The notes beneath the pieces were generated by a model. That model did no database searches, was not told the origin of the DNA, and saw only the letters and a program-made list of their open reading frames with translations. A program made the position numbers and the translations under genes. From positions 17,696 to 81,695 of the forward strand of contig CAJUFJ010000003.1 in the NCBI GenBank assembly GCA_910585815.1: a stretch of 64,000 nt of DNA. Direction: 5' to 3'. Shown piece by piece: positions 19,869-28,531 of the stretch; within the stretch, counting starts at the first letter, position 1; each line of letters starts with the position of its first letter. This DNA comes from an uncultured Oscillospiraceae bacterium (lineage in GTDB: Bacteria > Bacillota > Clostridia > Oscillospirales > Oscillospiraceae).

Positions 19869-20519
19869 ATGGAACATCTTTTCAAAAAAGTCGACACCCA
19901 AGGGATCACCTATTTAGAGCTGCTGTCCGGAAGCCGTGAGTGGTACTGGGGCACGGACTACATACACGGCGACCTGTATGAGGCGGAGGAGCTGTTCCGG
20001 GATGGGTACCCTGTGAGCCGGAACAAGCTGCTGTTCGTCCATGACCCGGACGGAACGGTGGTCCAGCCGGTCATTGCGCAGAAGGGTCAGTATCTGGGGC
20101 GTCCAATCTGTTATGACGGCAGGATCGCAATCCTGATGGTTGATTTCCCCGCCGGGCAGATTATTGTCATGCAGTTTGACGGTGCACTTGAGCACATGAT
20201 AGAGCGGACTGAGCTTCCCCTGTCCGCGGTGAAAAACTGCTATAATCTGATGCTGGAAACCGCGCCGCTGATGGTGACGCGGCAGGGGAACGAGGATACC
20301 TTTCAAATTCTGTGGCCGGAACAGGTATCTTTTGAAATCGGCGAGAGGGAATCCTTCTGGATTCGGCATGGTGACAAGCTGTATTTTTCCACATGGCAGG
20401 AGGAACCGGAGTATCAGGAGGAGGTCATTGTGCGGAAACTGGAGACGGGGGAGATCATCGACCGTTTTCCAGGGAGCTCTATGACTATGCCGGACGGCCG
20501 ATTGTGGGTTTTAACCTGA
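19869..20519 (+). CDS. hypothetical protein
   Basis: 216-aa ORF. No family recognised. Confidence 0.6.
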   Translation: MEHLFKKVDTQGITYLELLSGSREWYWGTDYIHGDLYEAEELFRDGYPVSRNKLLFVHDPDGTVVQPVIAQKGQYLGRPICYDGRIAILMVDFPAGQIIVMQFDGALEHMIERTELPLSAVKNCYNLMLETAPLMVTRQGNEDTFQILWPEQVSFEIGERESFWIRHGDKLYFSTWQEEPEYQEEVIVRKLETGEIIDRFPGSSMTMPDGRLWVLT

Positions 20520-20536
20520 AATGCTCTGATTTCCGG

Positions 20537-20565
20537 TTGACAAAGAAAAAAAACTGTGGTAGAGT
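20537..20565 (+). promoter_or_regulatory. sigma-A-like promoter of the T-box leader
   Basis: TTGACA, 17 nt, TG-n-TAGAGT. Confidence 0.6.
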
Positions 20566-20571
20566 ATGTAC

Positions 20572-20836
20572 CACTGCGAAGAAAAGGACAAGTAGCACCG
20601 CGATTTCCCGCACAGAGAGCCCCTGGTTTGGTGGAACAGGGGAGGGGAGCGCCCTGTGAATACCCCTTGGAGCAGCCGCCCGAACCGCGCAGGCGCAGTA
20701 GGGGACAGGCCGGGCCGCGCCCGTTATAGCGCCGGAGCTTCAGGCTCTATGAGGCTCGTCCCGCGAGGGACGGGCGAACCAGAGGTGGTACCGCGTGATT
20801 ACGCCCTCTGTCCGGTTTCCGGGCAGGGGGCTTTTT
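20572..20836 (+). promoter_or_regulatory. T-box riboswitch leader, probable Tyr (UAC) specifier
   Basis: AGTA 20591-94, AGAGAG 20614-19, distal loop GGTTTGGTGGAA, GAA-TAC 20658-63, T-box core AACCAGAGGTGGTACCGCG 20777-95, and a 13-bp terminator stem plus T5 at 20803-20836. Confidence 0.8.
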
Positions 20837-20853
20837 GTAAGGAAGTGATTGTT

Positions 20854-21714
20854 TTGTCAGCGCGTCAAAGAGGAACGCTGTGCGTGTTCCTGGCCGCTGT
20901 GCTGTACAGCATCGGGGGACTGTTTATTAAGCTGATCCCCTGGGGCGGCATGGCAATCAACGGCGGCCGCACCGCCGTCGCTCTGGTAGTGATCGGACTG
21001 TACCTTAAACTGACCGGCCACAGGCCCAAAATGAACCTGTGGGTGCTGGTGGGGGCGCTGGCCGTCTGCGGCACCAACATCCTTTTTTCCATCGCCAACA
21101 AGCTGACCACCGCCGGAAATGCCATTGTGCTCCAGTTTACCGCGCCTATTTTCGTCATTTTGTTCTCGGTCCTCTTTTTCGGCAAACGGCCCCAACGGCT
21201 GGATATGCTGGCCTGCGGGCTGGTGCTGGGGGGCGTGCTGTTGTTTTTCATCGACAGCCTGTCAGCAGGGGGGATGCTGGGCAATGTGTTGGCTCTGCTG
21301 TCCGGGATATCCTACGCCGGCGTGTTCCTGATGAACGACATGCCCGACAGCGACCCCATCTCCTCCGTCTTCTGGGGCGACATCATCAGCGCGGTGGTGG
21401 GCCTGCCATTTCTAGGGTACGAGACGGACTTTTCCGGAAACATCTTCGTCGCCCTGCTGGTGCTGGGGGTGTTCCAGGTGGCTCTGGCCTATATTTTGAT
21501 GGTGGAGGGCCTGAAAACCACTCCGCCTGTCACCGCCAGCCTGGTCTCCGGCATCGAGCCGGTGCTCAACCCCATTCTGGTGGCAGTGTTTTACCACGAG
21601 ATGATCGGCCCTGTCGCTCTGGTGGGGGCCATGGTGGTGGTGGGCAGCGTGGTGCTGTACAATGTGATGCTGGCCCGGCACGCAGAGCCATCAGAGACAG
21701 GGGGCGCGCTATGA
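20854..21714 (+). CDS. DMT-superfamily (EamA) permease
   Basis: About ten hydrophobic segments in a two-EamA-repeat layout. TTG at 20854 lies 8 nt after AAGGAAG (GTG at 20845 is an alternative). The track ORF from 20656 runs through the T-box leader. Confidence 0.85.
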   Translation: MSARQRGTLCVFLAAVLYSIGGLFIKLIPWGGMAINGGRTAVALVVIGLYLKLTGHRPKMNLWVLVGALAVCGTNILFSIANKLTTAGNAIVLQFTAPIFVILFSVLFFGKRPQRLDMLACGLVLGGVLLFFIDSLSAGGMLGNVLALLSGISYAGVFLMNDMPDSDPISSVFWGDIISAVVGLPFLGYETDFSGNIFVALLVLGVFQVALAYILMVEGLKTTPPVTASLVSGIEPVLNPILVAVFYHEMIGPVALVGAMVVVGSVVLYNVMLARHAEPSETGGAL

Positions 21715-22154
21715 ACAAATTTCAATTTTTCTGGGATACCATGGAACTGTGCGACTGGTCCCACGAGGGAGACGACGGCCAGGTACTGAGGCCTGTCATC
21801 CAGTATTTGGCGCAGCAGGAGGACGACAGGATTTTTCAGTTCGACGATCTCATGTCTGAGCTCCTGTATGGGCTGGATACCCAAAAGCTGGCAGCTCAGT
21901 GTGAAAAAGCGGAGCCTCTTATGAGTGACGATTCTTTTTTGTACTCCCGCTGTGTGGCTCTGGTTAACGGCCCTGGCTACTATGAAAAGGCGAAGCAGGG
22001 GGGAGCAAAGGAGATATGGAACATGGAATTTGAAGCGCTCCTCTACGTTCCGTCGCGTGCCTGGGCCCTGAAGCACAAAAAACCGGAGGAGGATTATCCC
22101 CATACTGCTCCCTTGAGCTATGAGACCGGCAGCAACCGGGAACAATGGAAGTAA
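21711..22154 (+). CDS. DUF4240-like protein
   Basis: MNKFQFFWDTMELC...SDDSFLYSRCVALVNG pattern. The ATGA overlaps the EamA stop. Confidence 0.75.
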   Translation: MNKFQFFWDTMELCDWSHEGDDGQVLRPVIQYLAQQEDDRIFQFDDLMSELLYGLDTQKLAAQCEKAEPLMSDDSFLYSRCVALVNGPGYYEKAKQGGAKEIWNMEFEALLYVPSRAWALKHKKPEEDYPHTAPLSYETGSNREQWK

Positions 22155-22183
22155 ACTATAAATGATAAAGGAGAGACAACAAC

Positions 22184-23407
22184 ATGACCTGTTATGAAGA
22201 ACTGAAGGCCCGCGGGCTTATCGCCCAGGTGACCAATGAGGAAGAAATTTCCAAGATGATCAACGAGGGGAAGGCGGTATTTTACATCGGCTTCGACCCC
22301 ACTGCCGACTCCCTCCACGTGGGCCACTTTATGGCCCTGTGCCTGATGAAGCGGCTGCAAATGGCGGGCAACCGGCCCATCGCCCTCATCGGCGGAGGTA
22401 CCGGCATGATCGGCGACCCCTCCGGCCGCACCGACATGCGCTCCATGATGACCGAGGAGACCATCTGCCACAACTGCGACTGCTTCAAGAAGCAGATGGA
22501 GCGGTTCATCGAGTTCGGCGAGGGCAAGGCTATGATGATTAACAACGCCGATTGGTTGATGAAGCTGAACTATATCGAGGTCCTGCGGGACGTAGGGGCC
22601 TGCTTCTCGGTGAACAACATGCTCCGGGCCGAGTGCTACAAGCAGCGGATGGAGAAGGGGCTGTCCTTCCTGGAGTTCAACTATATGATTATGCAGTCCT
22701 ACGACTTCTACTACCTGTTCCAGAACTACGGCTGCAACATGCAGTTCGGCGGCGACGACCAGTGGTCCAACATGCTGGGCGGCACCGAGCTTATCCGCCG
22801 CAAGCTGGGCAAGGACGCCCACGCCATGACCATCACCCTGCTGCTCAACTCCGAGGGCAAGAAGATGGGCAAGACCGCCAAGGGCGCGGTGTGGCTGGAC
22901 CCCAACAAGACCAGCCCCTATGAGTTTTACCAGTACTGGCGCAACGTGGGGGACAGCGACGTGCTCAAGTGCCTGCGGATGCTCACCTTCCTGCCCCTGG
23001 AGCAGATCGACGAGATGGACCAGTGGAAGGGCAGCCAACTGAATACTGCCAAGGAGATTCTGGCCCTCGAGCTGACCAAGCTGGTCCACGGGGAGGAGGA
23101 GGCTGTCAAGGCCCAGGAGGCCGCCAAGGCCCTGTTTGTGGGGGGCGGCGATATGTCCAACGTGCCCGCCACCCAACTCACCGAGGCCGACCTCACCGAC
23201 GGCGCCATCGGCGTGCTGGACCTGATGGTTAAATGTAAACTGGCCCCCTCCAAAAAAGAGGCCCGCCGCTTGGTGGAGCAGGGCGGGGTGGAAGTCAACG
23301 GCGAGAAGGTGGCCGCCGCGACCGTCAGTTACACCGCCGGCGACCTGTCCGGCGACGGCCTGATGATCAAAAAAGGCAAAAAGGTGTATCACCGGGCCCA
23401 TATGTAA
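22184..23407 (+). CDS. tyrS: tyrosine--tRNA ligase
   Basis: HVGH (HIGH) motif, KMGKT (KMSKS) motif and a C-terminal S4-like domain. Confidence 0.96.
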   Translation: MTCYEELKARGLIAQVTNEEEISKMINEGKAVFYIGFDPTADSLHVGHFMALCLMKRLQMAGNRPIALIGGGTGMIGDPSGRTDMRSMMTEETICHNCDCFKKQMERFIEFGEGKAMMINNADWLMKLNYIEVLRDVGACFSVNNMLRAECYKQRMEKGLSFLEFNYMIMQSYDFYYLFQNYGCNMQFGGDDQWSNMLGGTELIRRKLGKDAHAMTITLLLNSEGKKMGKTAKGAVWLDPNKTSPYEFYQYWRNVGDSDVLKCLRMLTFLPLEQIDEMDQWKGSQLNTAKEILALELTKLVHGEEEAVKAQEAAKALFVGGGDMSNVPATQLTEADLTDGAIGVLDLMVKCKLAPSKKEARRLVEQGGVEVNGEKVAAATVSYTAGDLSGDGLMIKKGKKVYHRAHM

Positions 23408-23425
23408 TATGATAAGGAGCTTTTT

Positions 23426-23878
23426 ATGGGACTTTCCTTGATTTTTTGCGCAGGCGGCCAGGCCGAGGATACAAAGAAGATGCTGGAAGCTCTTGAGGCG
23501 GCAGATTACCAGGCGTTAAACCAGCGGATGGCCCGAAAGGCAGATTTTTCTCTGCACCTGCTCCCCAGAGATTTACAGACTCTGTCGGAGTGTGCGGCCG
23601 CCTTTTCTTCCCGGGAAGCGGCCCCATTCCGTGAGGGTTTGACCTGTTACTTTGATGCGGAAGACCGCGGGTTTTTCATCGTCTCCGAGGCGTGGGAGCA
23701 GTATATAGCCGCTATTGAAGCAAAGGGTGCAAAACCCTTGGCAGAAGCGTGGTATCAGGCCATGGGCCTAAAGGAATCGTTACCGCCAGAGGCAATAGCC
23801 GCAGTGAAAGATTTAATTGAGTTATGTCAATATGCGGGGCAGACCGGGAATCCGGTGGTACACATCTGGGCTGCATAG
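23426..23878 (+). CDS. hypothetical protein, possibly DUF1877/YfbM-like
   Basis: 150 aa. The MGLSLIF start and C-terminal ...GNPVVHIWAA resemble YfbM-type proteins. This is weak recall. Confidence 0.55.
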   Translation: MGLSLIFCAGGQAEDTKKMLEALEAADYQALNQRMARKADFSLHLLPRDLQTLSECAAAFSSREAAPFREGLTCYFDAEDRGFFIVSEAWEQYIAAIEAKGAKPLAEAWYQAMGLKESLPPEAIAAVKDLIELCQYAGQTGNPVVHIWAA

Positions 23879-23883
23879 AAAAA

Positions 23884-24342
23884 ATGACTGAATTATACCC
23901 AAGAATAAAAGATGCCCTGCTGAAAATCAACTTTGTTGAGCGGTATGAAAAATTATCCGCCCGCTTCAGTGCGGCCAAAACACTGTCGGATGATCGCTTG
24001 ATTTATTTGGATGGGGAAAAAGTGATGGCGATGATCCGGGCGGCAGGATATTCGCCGCAGTTTGACACCAGAGAGAAATTTTACAGAATCAAAGAGGAAC
24101 ACATCGGAAAATACTCGTTTAATATCCACATTATCCTGCGGTATGGCGTTGCTGAACTGGTCTGGGTGGTGAAGGAGGACGGCGTCCTGCTCCTTGGCGC
24201 TCCTTGGAGTACGTATTCCAGACGATTGATTGATGTGAACTACCGCATCAAAAACCCGGTTTTTGGAACATATGAGGATTTGAAAGAGATTTTAAAAATT
24301 GTATTTGAGATGTACGAGGACTTTAAGCGTGCTTTAATGTGA
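23884..24342 (+). CDS. hypothetical protein
   Basis: AT-richer ORF. The ATG at 23884 lies just after the previous stop. Confidence 0.55.
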   Translation: MTELYPRIKDALLKINFVERYEKLSARFSAAKTLSDDRLIYLDGEKVMAMIRAAGYSPQFDTREKFYRIKEEHIGKYSFNIHIILRYGVAELVWVVKEDGVLLLGAPWSTYSRRLIDVNYRIKNPVFGTYEDLKEILKIVFEMYEDFKRALM

Positions 24343-24390
24343 TTGTGCGAGGTATTATAAGGGGAGAGGTGCAAAGCGCCTCTCCCTGTT

Positions 24391-24813
24391 TTATCGCAGC
24401 AGCGGCATACTGCCGGTGAGCTGATTCACTTTTTTCTTTGGCCCGCAGACAGCCACGCCAAAATACTGTAATGCCTCCTCCGGGACCTGTTCCATTTTGC
24501 AGATAAACTCCTCGTAGGTCCTGCATCCCTGAGCCAGGTCGGAAAAATCAACGACAGCCAGCTCCTGAAACTCCGGCTGGTAGAGTTTTTCTCGTACCGC
24601 TTTGATGGTCTCTGGGGAACCTCTCAGAATCGGAACCGGGAACTCGATAATTCCCAGATGCAGGTTGCCACTCCGGTCCACAACATCTGTGCCCACTACC
24701 TCCGGCAGCTGCTTCCCAAGGGTAATGCCCATAATCGCCGCTGTATTTGCAATCAGGCCCAAGGGCAGGCTTTCATCAAGAATCATAACACATTTTTCAT
24801 TTTTCCAGTCCAT
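24391..24813 (-). CDS. DUF2000-like protein
   Basis: KCVMILDESLPLGLIANTAAIMGITLG pattern. Confidence 0.75.
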   Translation of the reverse strand: MDWKNEKCVMILDESLPLGLIANTAAIMGITLGKQLPEVVGTDVVDRSGNLHLGIIEFPVPILRGSPETIKAVREKLYQPEFQELAVVDFSDLAQGCRTYEEFICKMEQVPEEALQYFGVAVCGPKKKVNQLTGSMPLLR

Positions 24814-24827
24814 TTCAAACCCTCTTT

Positions 24828-25646
24828 CTATTTTTTCCTGGAGAAAATATTTCGGTAGGCTCCGGGGGACAGGCCGAGGAAACGGTCAAAATAATTGGTA
24901 AAGTGGCTCTGGTCTGAAAAGCCGGTTTGCAGAGCCGCCTCAATGGGGGGAACCCCCTGCTCCAGCAGCTTTTTTGCCTGGCCCACGCGGACATTTTCAA
25001 GATAGCGGTAAGGTGTAACGCCCTTCAGTCTGGTAAAGGCCCGGAGCAGGGTAGAGCGACTCAGTCCGGCACAGCTGCAAAGCTGATCCAAACAGATATG
25101 TTTCGAGTGATTCTGCTGGATAAACCGGCACACCCGCTGGATTTCCTCACTGTACCGGGGGATACAGCAGGGGAGAGGCTGCCCGTACTTCTGAACCAGC
25201 AGCGCCGTGAGCAGCAGCAGATTCTCCCTCTTGTCGCCCTCCCTGGAGCCGCTGAGAACCAGATCGTGGAGGGTACGCAGACAACTGGCTGTCTCGCTGT
25301 CAAAAATCACATTTTGGGAAAAGACGGGTGGGGCCTGTTTGTCGTCGAGCTCTCCTAAAAGGCTCAGCATTACATCTCTGGAGATGTTAAACCCCCGATA
25401 GTCCAATGTACCGTCGTCACTCTGCACACAGGCGTGGCTGTCGCCAGGATTAAAAATCAGGATATGTCCGGGCCGAACGGCGTACTCCTGATTCTTGCAG
25501 GTAAGGGTGCGCTGTCCGGATTCTATATACCCAATGACATAGTACTCGTGAAAATGGCCGGGGAAGGGCCGCACAAATCCCTCAAAGCGGTAGGCTTCAA
25601 TTTGAAGGTCTTCGTCGTATACCACAGTTCTTATCTCTCGTTTCAT
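24828..25646 (-). CDS. AraC-family transcriptional regulator (cupin N-terminus)
   Basis: C-terminal HTH_18 region (LLRAFTRLKGVTPYRYL...GFSDQSHFTNYF). The ATG at 25646 follows AAGGAGG. Confidence 0.85.
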   Translation of the reverse strand: MKREIRTVVYDEDLQIEAYRFEGFVRPFPGHFHEYYVIGYIESGQRTLTCKNQEYAVRPGHILIFNPGDSHACVQSDDGTLDYRGFNISRDVMLSLLGELDDKQAPPVFSQNVIFDSETASCLRTLHDLVLSGSREGDKRENLLLLTALLVQKYGQPLPCCIPRYSEEIQRVCRFIQQNHSKHICLDQLCSCAGLSRSTLLRAFTRLKGVTPYRYLENVRVGQAKKLLEQGVPPIEAALQTGFSDQSHFTNYFDRFLGLSPGAYRNIFSRKK

Positions 25647-25762
25647 ACCTGCCTCCTTGCGGTCCATTATACCAGCCGTTGCCGCCGCTGGCTTGTAAAA
25701 TATCTTCAAATTATAAAAAAGAACCGGAAATCAGCTTGTCCGGTCTCCGGTTTACACGTCCA

Positions 25763-26431
25763 CTATTTGATTCCCAGCAGACCAGCCTGCATATTGGATA
25801 CCCAAAGGACCTCCGCCTGCTGAAAGCCGCACTGCCGCAGCAGTTCCAAGTGCTCTGCAATGGTGATGGGAAAATACTCCTTCCCATATCGGCCTATATG
25901 CTCATCACAGCTGGCCGCGCTCTTTCCTTGAGACAGCTGGTAGGACCTCCAGCGGTTCAGAAACAAATGCTTCCCCGCTTCGCTGTAGGGCGCAAAATTT
26001 TCAAATGTTACAAAAATACCGTTGGGACACAGATTTTTATAACATTTTTCAAGGGCTTTTCTTCGGTCCTCCTTATTGAAATAGTGAAATACCATGATTG
26101 CCGTAATGACATCAAAGGGAGCCGTTTCATCAAAATCCAGAAAGGAGGACAAAATGAACCGCGTTCTGTCTCCTGCAAACCGTTTTTTCGCAATTTCTAT
26201 CATCTTTTCTGCGCTGTCACAGAATACAAAGCGGTCTATGTCGAGGGTTTCAAGAGCGGCTTCCGCCATTTTCCCGGTCCCGCACCCGATGTCAAGCCAG
26301 GCAAGGGGACTGTTAAACTGGATTTTTACAATATCCACCACCTGCTTATAAAAATCCTTGTAATATGGGAGCGTTTTCCTGATTTCTTCGTCATATTTTG
26401 CCGCACAAAAGGCAGAAACATTGTCATTCAC
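25763..26431 (-). CDS. class I SAM-dependent methyltransferase
   Basis: LDIGCGTG motif I with downstream motifs; CmoA-like overall. Confidence 0.85.
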   Translation of the reverse strand: MNDNVSAFCAAKYDEEIRKTLPYYKDFYKQVVDIVKIQFNSPLAWLDIGCGTGKMAEAALETLDIDRFVFCDSAEKMIEIAKKRFAGDRTRFILSSFLDFDETAPFDVITAIMVFHYFNKEDRRKALEKCYKNLCPNGIFVTFENFAPYSEAGKHLFLNRWRSYQLSQGKSAASCDEHIGRYGKEYFPITIAEHLELLRQCGFQQAEVLWVSNMQAGLLGIK

Positions 26432-26582
26432 GTTTTATATCCTCCCAATCAGTATTGCTTCATTATATCGCCTCCACCGCATTTTAACAAGATTATCGGA
26501 CGGCAGGGGAGTATACTTTTGTTGACCGTACATTGCAACTGTGCTATACTACTAAACAACCTTTGGATTTTTGGAGAAAATT

Positions 26583-27005
26583 ATGGTAAGAACATTTCAG
26601 GCCGGCGATTTAGACACTGTCATGTCCATCTGGCTGAACGCCAATATAGAAGCCCATCATTTTGTTGACCCGGAATACTGGAGAAGCTGCTACAACACGG
26701 TCAAAGCCATGATCCCACAGGCGGAGGTTTACGTTGCGGAAGACGACCGTAGAATCAACGGCTTTATCGGCATTGCAGGCGACTACATCGCGGGCATATT
26801 TGTAGACAGCTCAGCCAGGACGGGCGGGATCGGCAGTCAGCTGCTCGACCATGCCAAAGAGAACCGGCAGAAGCTGAGCCTGAGCGTCTACAAAAAGAAT
26901 GTAACTGCGGTGTCGTTTTATCGCAAGCGAGGTTTTCAAATCGACGCAGAGGGCGTTGACCCACAGACGTCGGAATCAGAGTACACCATGAGCTGGAATA
27001 GATAG
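26583..27005 (+). CDS. GNAT-family N-acetyltransferase
   Basis: The R.GGIGSQLL..A segment is an acetyl-CoA binding pattern. A TTGACC-17-TATACT promoter lies at 26522-26550. Confidence 0.85.
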   Translation: MVRTFQAGDLDTVMSIWLNANIEAHHFVDPEYWRSCYNTVKAMIPQAEVYVAEDDRRINGFIGIAGDYIAGIFVDSSARTGGIGSQLLDHAKENRQKLSLSVYKKNVTAVSFYRKRGFQIDAEGVDPQTSESEYTMSWNR

Positions 27006-27044
27006 AAAGGAGGGACGCCGGGACCTCAGATCCTCCCAGATTAC

Positions 27045-27076
27045 CAGGTCAACAAAATAAAAATTTTGTTGACCTG
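27045..27076. repeat. perfect 14-bp inverted repeat
   Basis: CAGGTCAACAAAAT-AAAA-ATTTTGTTGACCTG lies immediately upstream of the recombinase gene. Confidence 0.6.
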
Positions 27077-27088
27077 AGTGGAGGCGAA

Positions 27089-28120
27089 TTGCTGTTATTT
27101 GAGGAATCCGGCCTGTCTATGGACTACCGCACTGAAGCGCCGCCTATTCTCCGGGACTTTCTGGTCTACCACGAGACCATTCAGGGACATTCCCGCCGGA
27201 CGGTTGACGAATACTGCTTAGACCTGCGGAACTTTTTCCGCTTCCTGAAACAGAACAAACGCCCGGCATTCAAAGATGTCCCACTGGACGATATCTCCAT
27301 TGACGATGTGGACCTGTCTCTGGTCCGGGACGTCACTCTGACGGATATCTATTCCTACATGAACTACCTGTCCCGGGACCGCGGCCTGAACAACACGTCC
27401 CGGGCCCGCAAGGTGGCCACCATCCGGTCCTTTTACAAATACCTTACCAACAAGGCCAAGCTGCTGGAGACCAACCCCGTCCAGGACCTAGATTCGCCCA
27501 GGTTGAAGAAATCCCTGCCGAAATACCTGAATCTGGATGAAAGTCTGGACCTTTTGGACAGTGTAGACGGCAAAAACGCCAATCGGGATTATTGCATTTT
27601 GACCCTGTTCCTCAACTGCGGCCTGCGTATCTCTGAGCTGGTTGGGCTAAATAAAACAGATGTTAGGGGCGATCAGCTGCGGGTACTGGGCAAAGGTAAC
27701 AAGGAGCGGATGCTGTATCTGAACGACGCCTGTCAGCGGGCGCTGGCAGACTGGCTCGATGAGCGGGACGCCATGACCTTGGTGGACCAGAACGCCCTGT
27801 TTGTCACCCTCCAGAACCGCCGTCGCATCTCCACCGCGGCGGTCCACAAGCTGGTGAAAAAGCACCTGGCCGCCGCCGGGCTGGACAGCACCCAGTACTC
27901 CTCCCACAAGCTGCGCCACACCGCCGCTACGCTGATGCTGCAAAACGGCGTGGATGTACGTACCCTTCAGGAGGTGCTGGGCCACGACCACCTGAACACC
28001 ACGCAAATCTACACCCATGTGGACAACGAGGACCTGCGCACTGCCGCCAGAGCCAATCCGCTGGGTGGGGTCCGGCAAAAGAAGAAGCCGAAAAAATCTA
28101 AAAATGGAGAGGAAACGTGA
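27089..28120 (+). CDS. tyrosine recombinase (XerC/XerD-like integrase family)
   Basis: SAM-like N-domain, LRHTAAT...LGHDHLNTTQIYTHV catalytic region and a Lys-rich tail. Start is uncertain (TTG 27089 or ATG 27119). Confidence 0.85.
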   Translation: MLLFEESGLSMDYRTEAPPILRDFLVYHETIQGHSRRTVDEYCLDLRNFFRFLKQNKRPAFKDVPLDDISIDDVDLSLVRDVTLTDIYSYMNYLSRDRGLNNTSRARKVATIRSFYKYLTNKAKLLETNPVQDLDSPRLKKSLPKYLNLDESLDLLDSVDGKNANRDYCILTLFLNCGLRISELVGLNKTDVRGDQLRVLGKGNKERMLYLNDACQRALADWLDERDAMTLVDQNALFVTLQNRRRISTAAVHKLVKKHLAAAGLDSTQYSSHKLRHTAATLMLQNGVDVRTLQEVLGHDHLNTTQIYTHVDNEDLRTAARANPLGGVRQKKKPKKSKNGEET

Positions 28121-28129
28121 GGTTTTTTT

Positions 28130-28495
28130 ATGTATACACTCTATTTTATCGTCGTCATGCTGGCCCCCGTGGCCATGGTGATTGTGGGGCTGATGTGGAA
28201 AATTTCCCCTCCCCCCTATCAGGCCAAGGGTCTGGCCTACAGCACCGAGCTGACCCGAAAGGACCCGGACGCCTGGACCGCGGCCCACCGCCACTGCGCC
28301 AGGCTGTGGATGCGCACCGGGATTATCAGCGGCGGAGCCAGCGCCTTTTTGATGGTTCTCTTTCGGGAGAGCTACTCCTCCTTTTGGATGTGGCTTATTG
28401 TGGGGCAGATGGCGCTGTTCTGCGTGTCGGTGTTTATGATCGACCTGCTACTGAAAAATACCTTTGAAAAGGATGAAAAAAACAATGATTTATAA
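28130..28495 (+). CDS. small membrane protein, SdpI/YhfL-like
   Basis: Three or four hydrophobic segments and a W..AHR pattern. Weak recall. Confidence 0.5.
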   Translation: MYTLYFIVVMLAPVAMVIVGLMWKISPPPYQAKGLAYSTELTRKDPDAWTAAHRHCARLWMRTGIISGGASAFLMVLFRESYSSFWMWLIVGQMALFCVSVFMIDLLLKNTFEKDEKNNDL

Positions 28496-28496
28496 G

Positions 28497-28528
28497 AAAA
28501 CCGCCTGTCTTAGCTGACAGGCGGTTTT
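28497..28528. terminator. bidirectional terminator
   Basis: AAAA-CCGCCTGTC-TTAGCT-GACAGGCGG-TTTT lies between convergent genes. Confidence 0.7.
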
Positions 28529-28531
28529 CCT

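Noticed and set aside
20656-20853. The N-terminal 66 codons of the track ORF 20656-21714.
   Set aside because: This stretch is the T-box leader (conserved RNA motifs and a terminator). A TTG or GTG start with an RBS lies at 20845-20854, just after the terminator.
25679-26668. A 329-aa plus-strand ORF in the AT-rich region.
   Set aside because: It lies opposite a minus-strand methyltransferase that has a clean LDIGCGTG motif and an RBS. The plus-strand product has no recognisable features.
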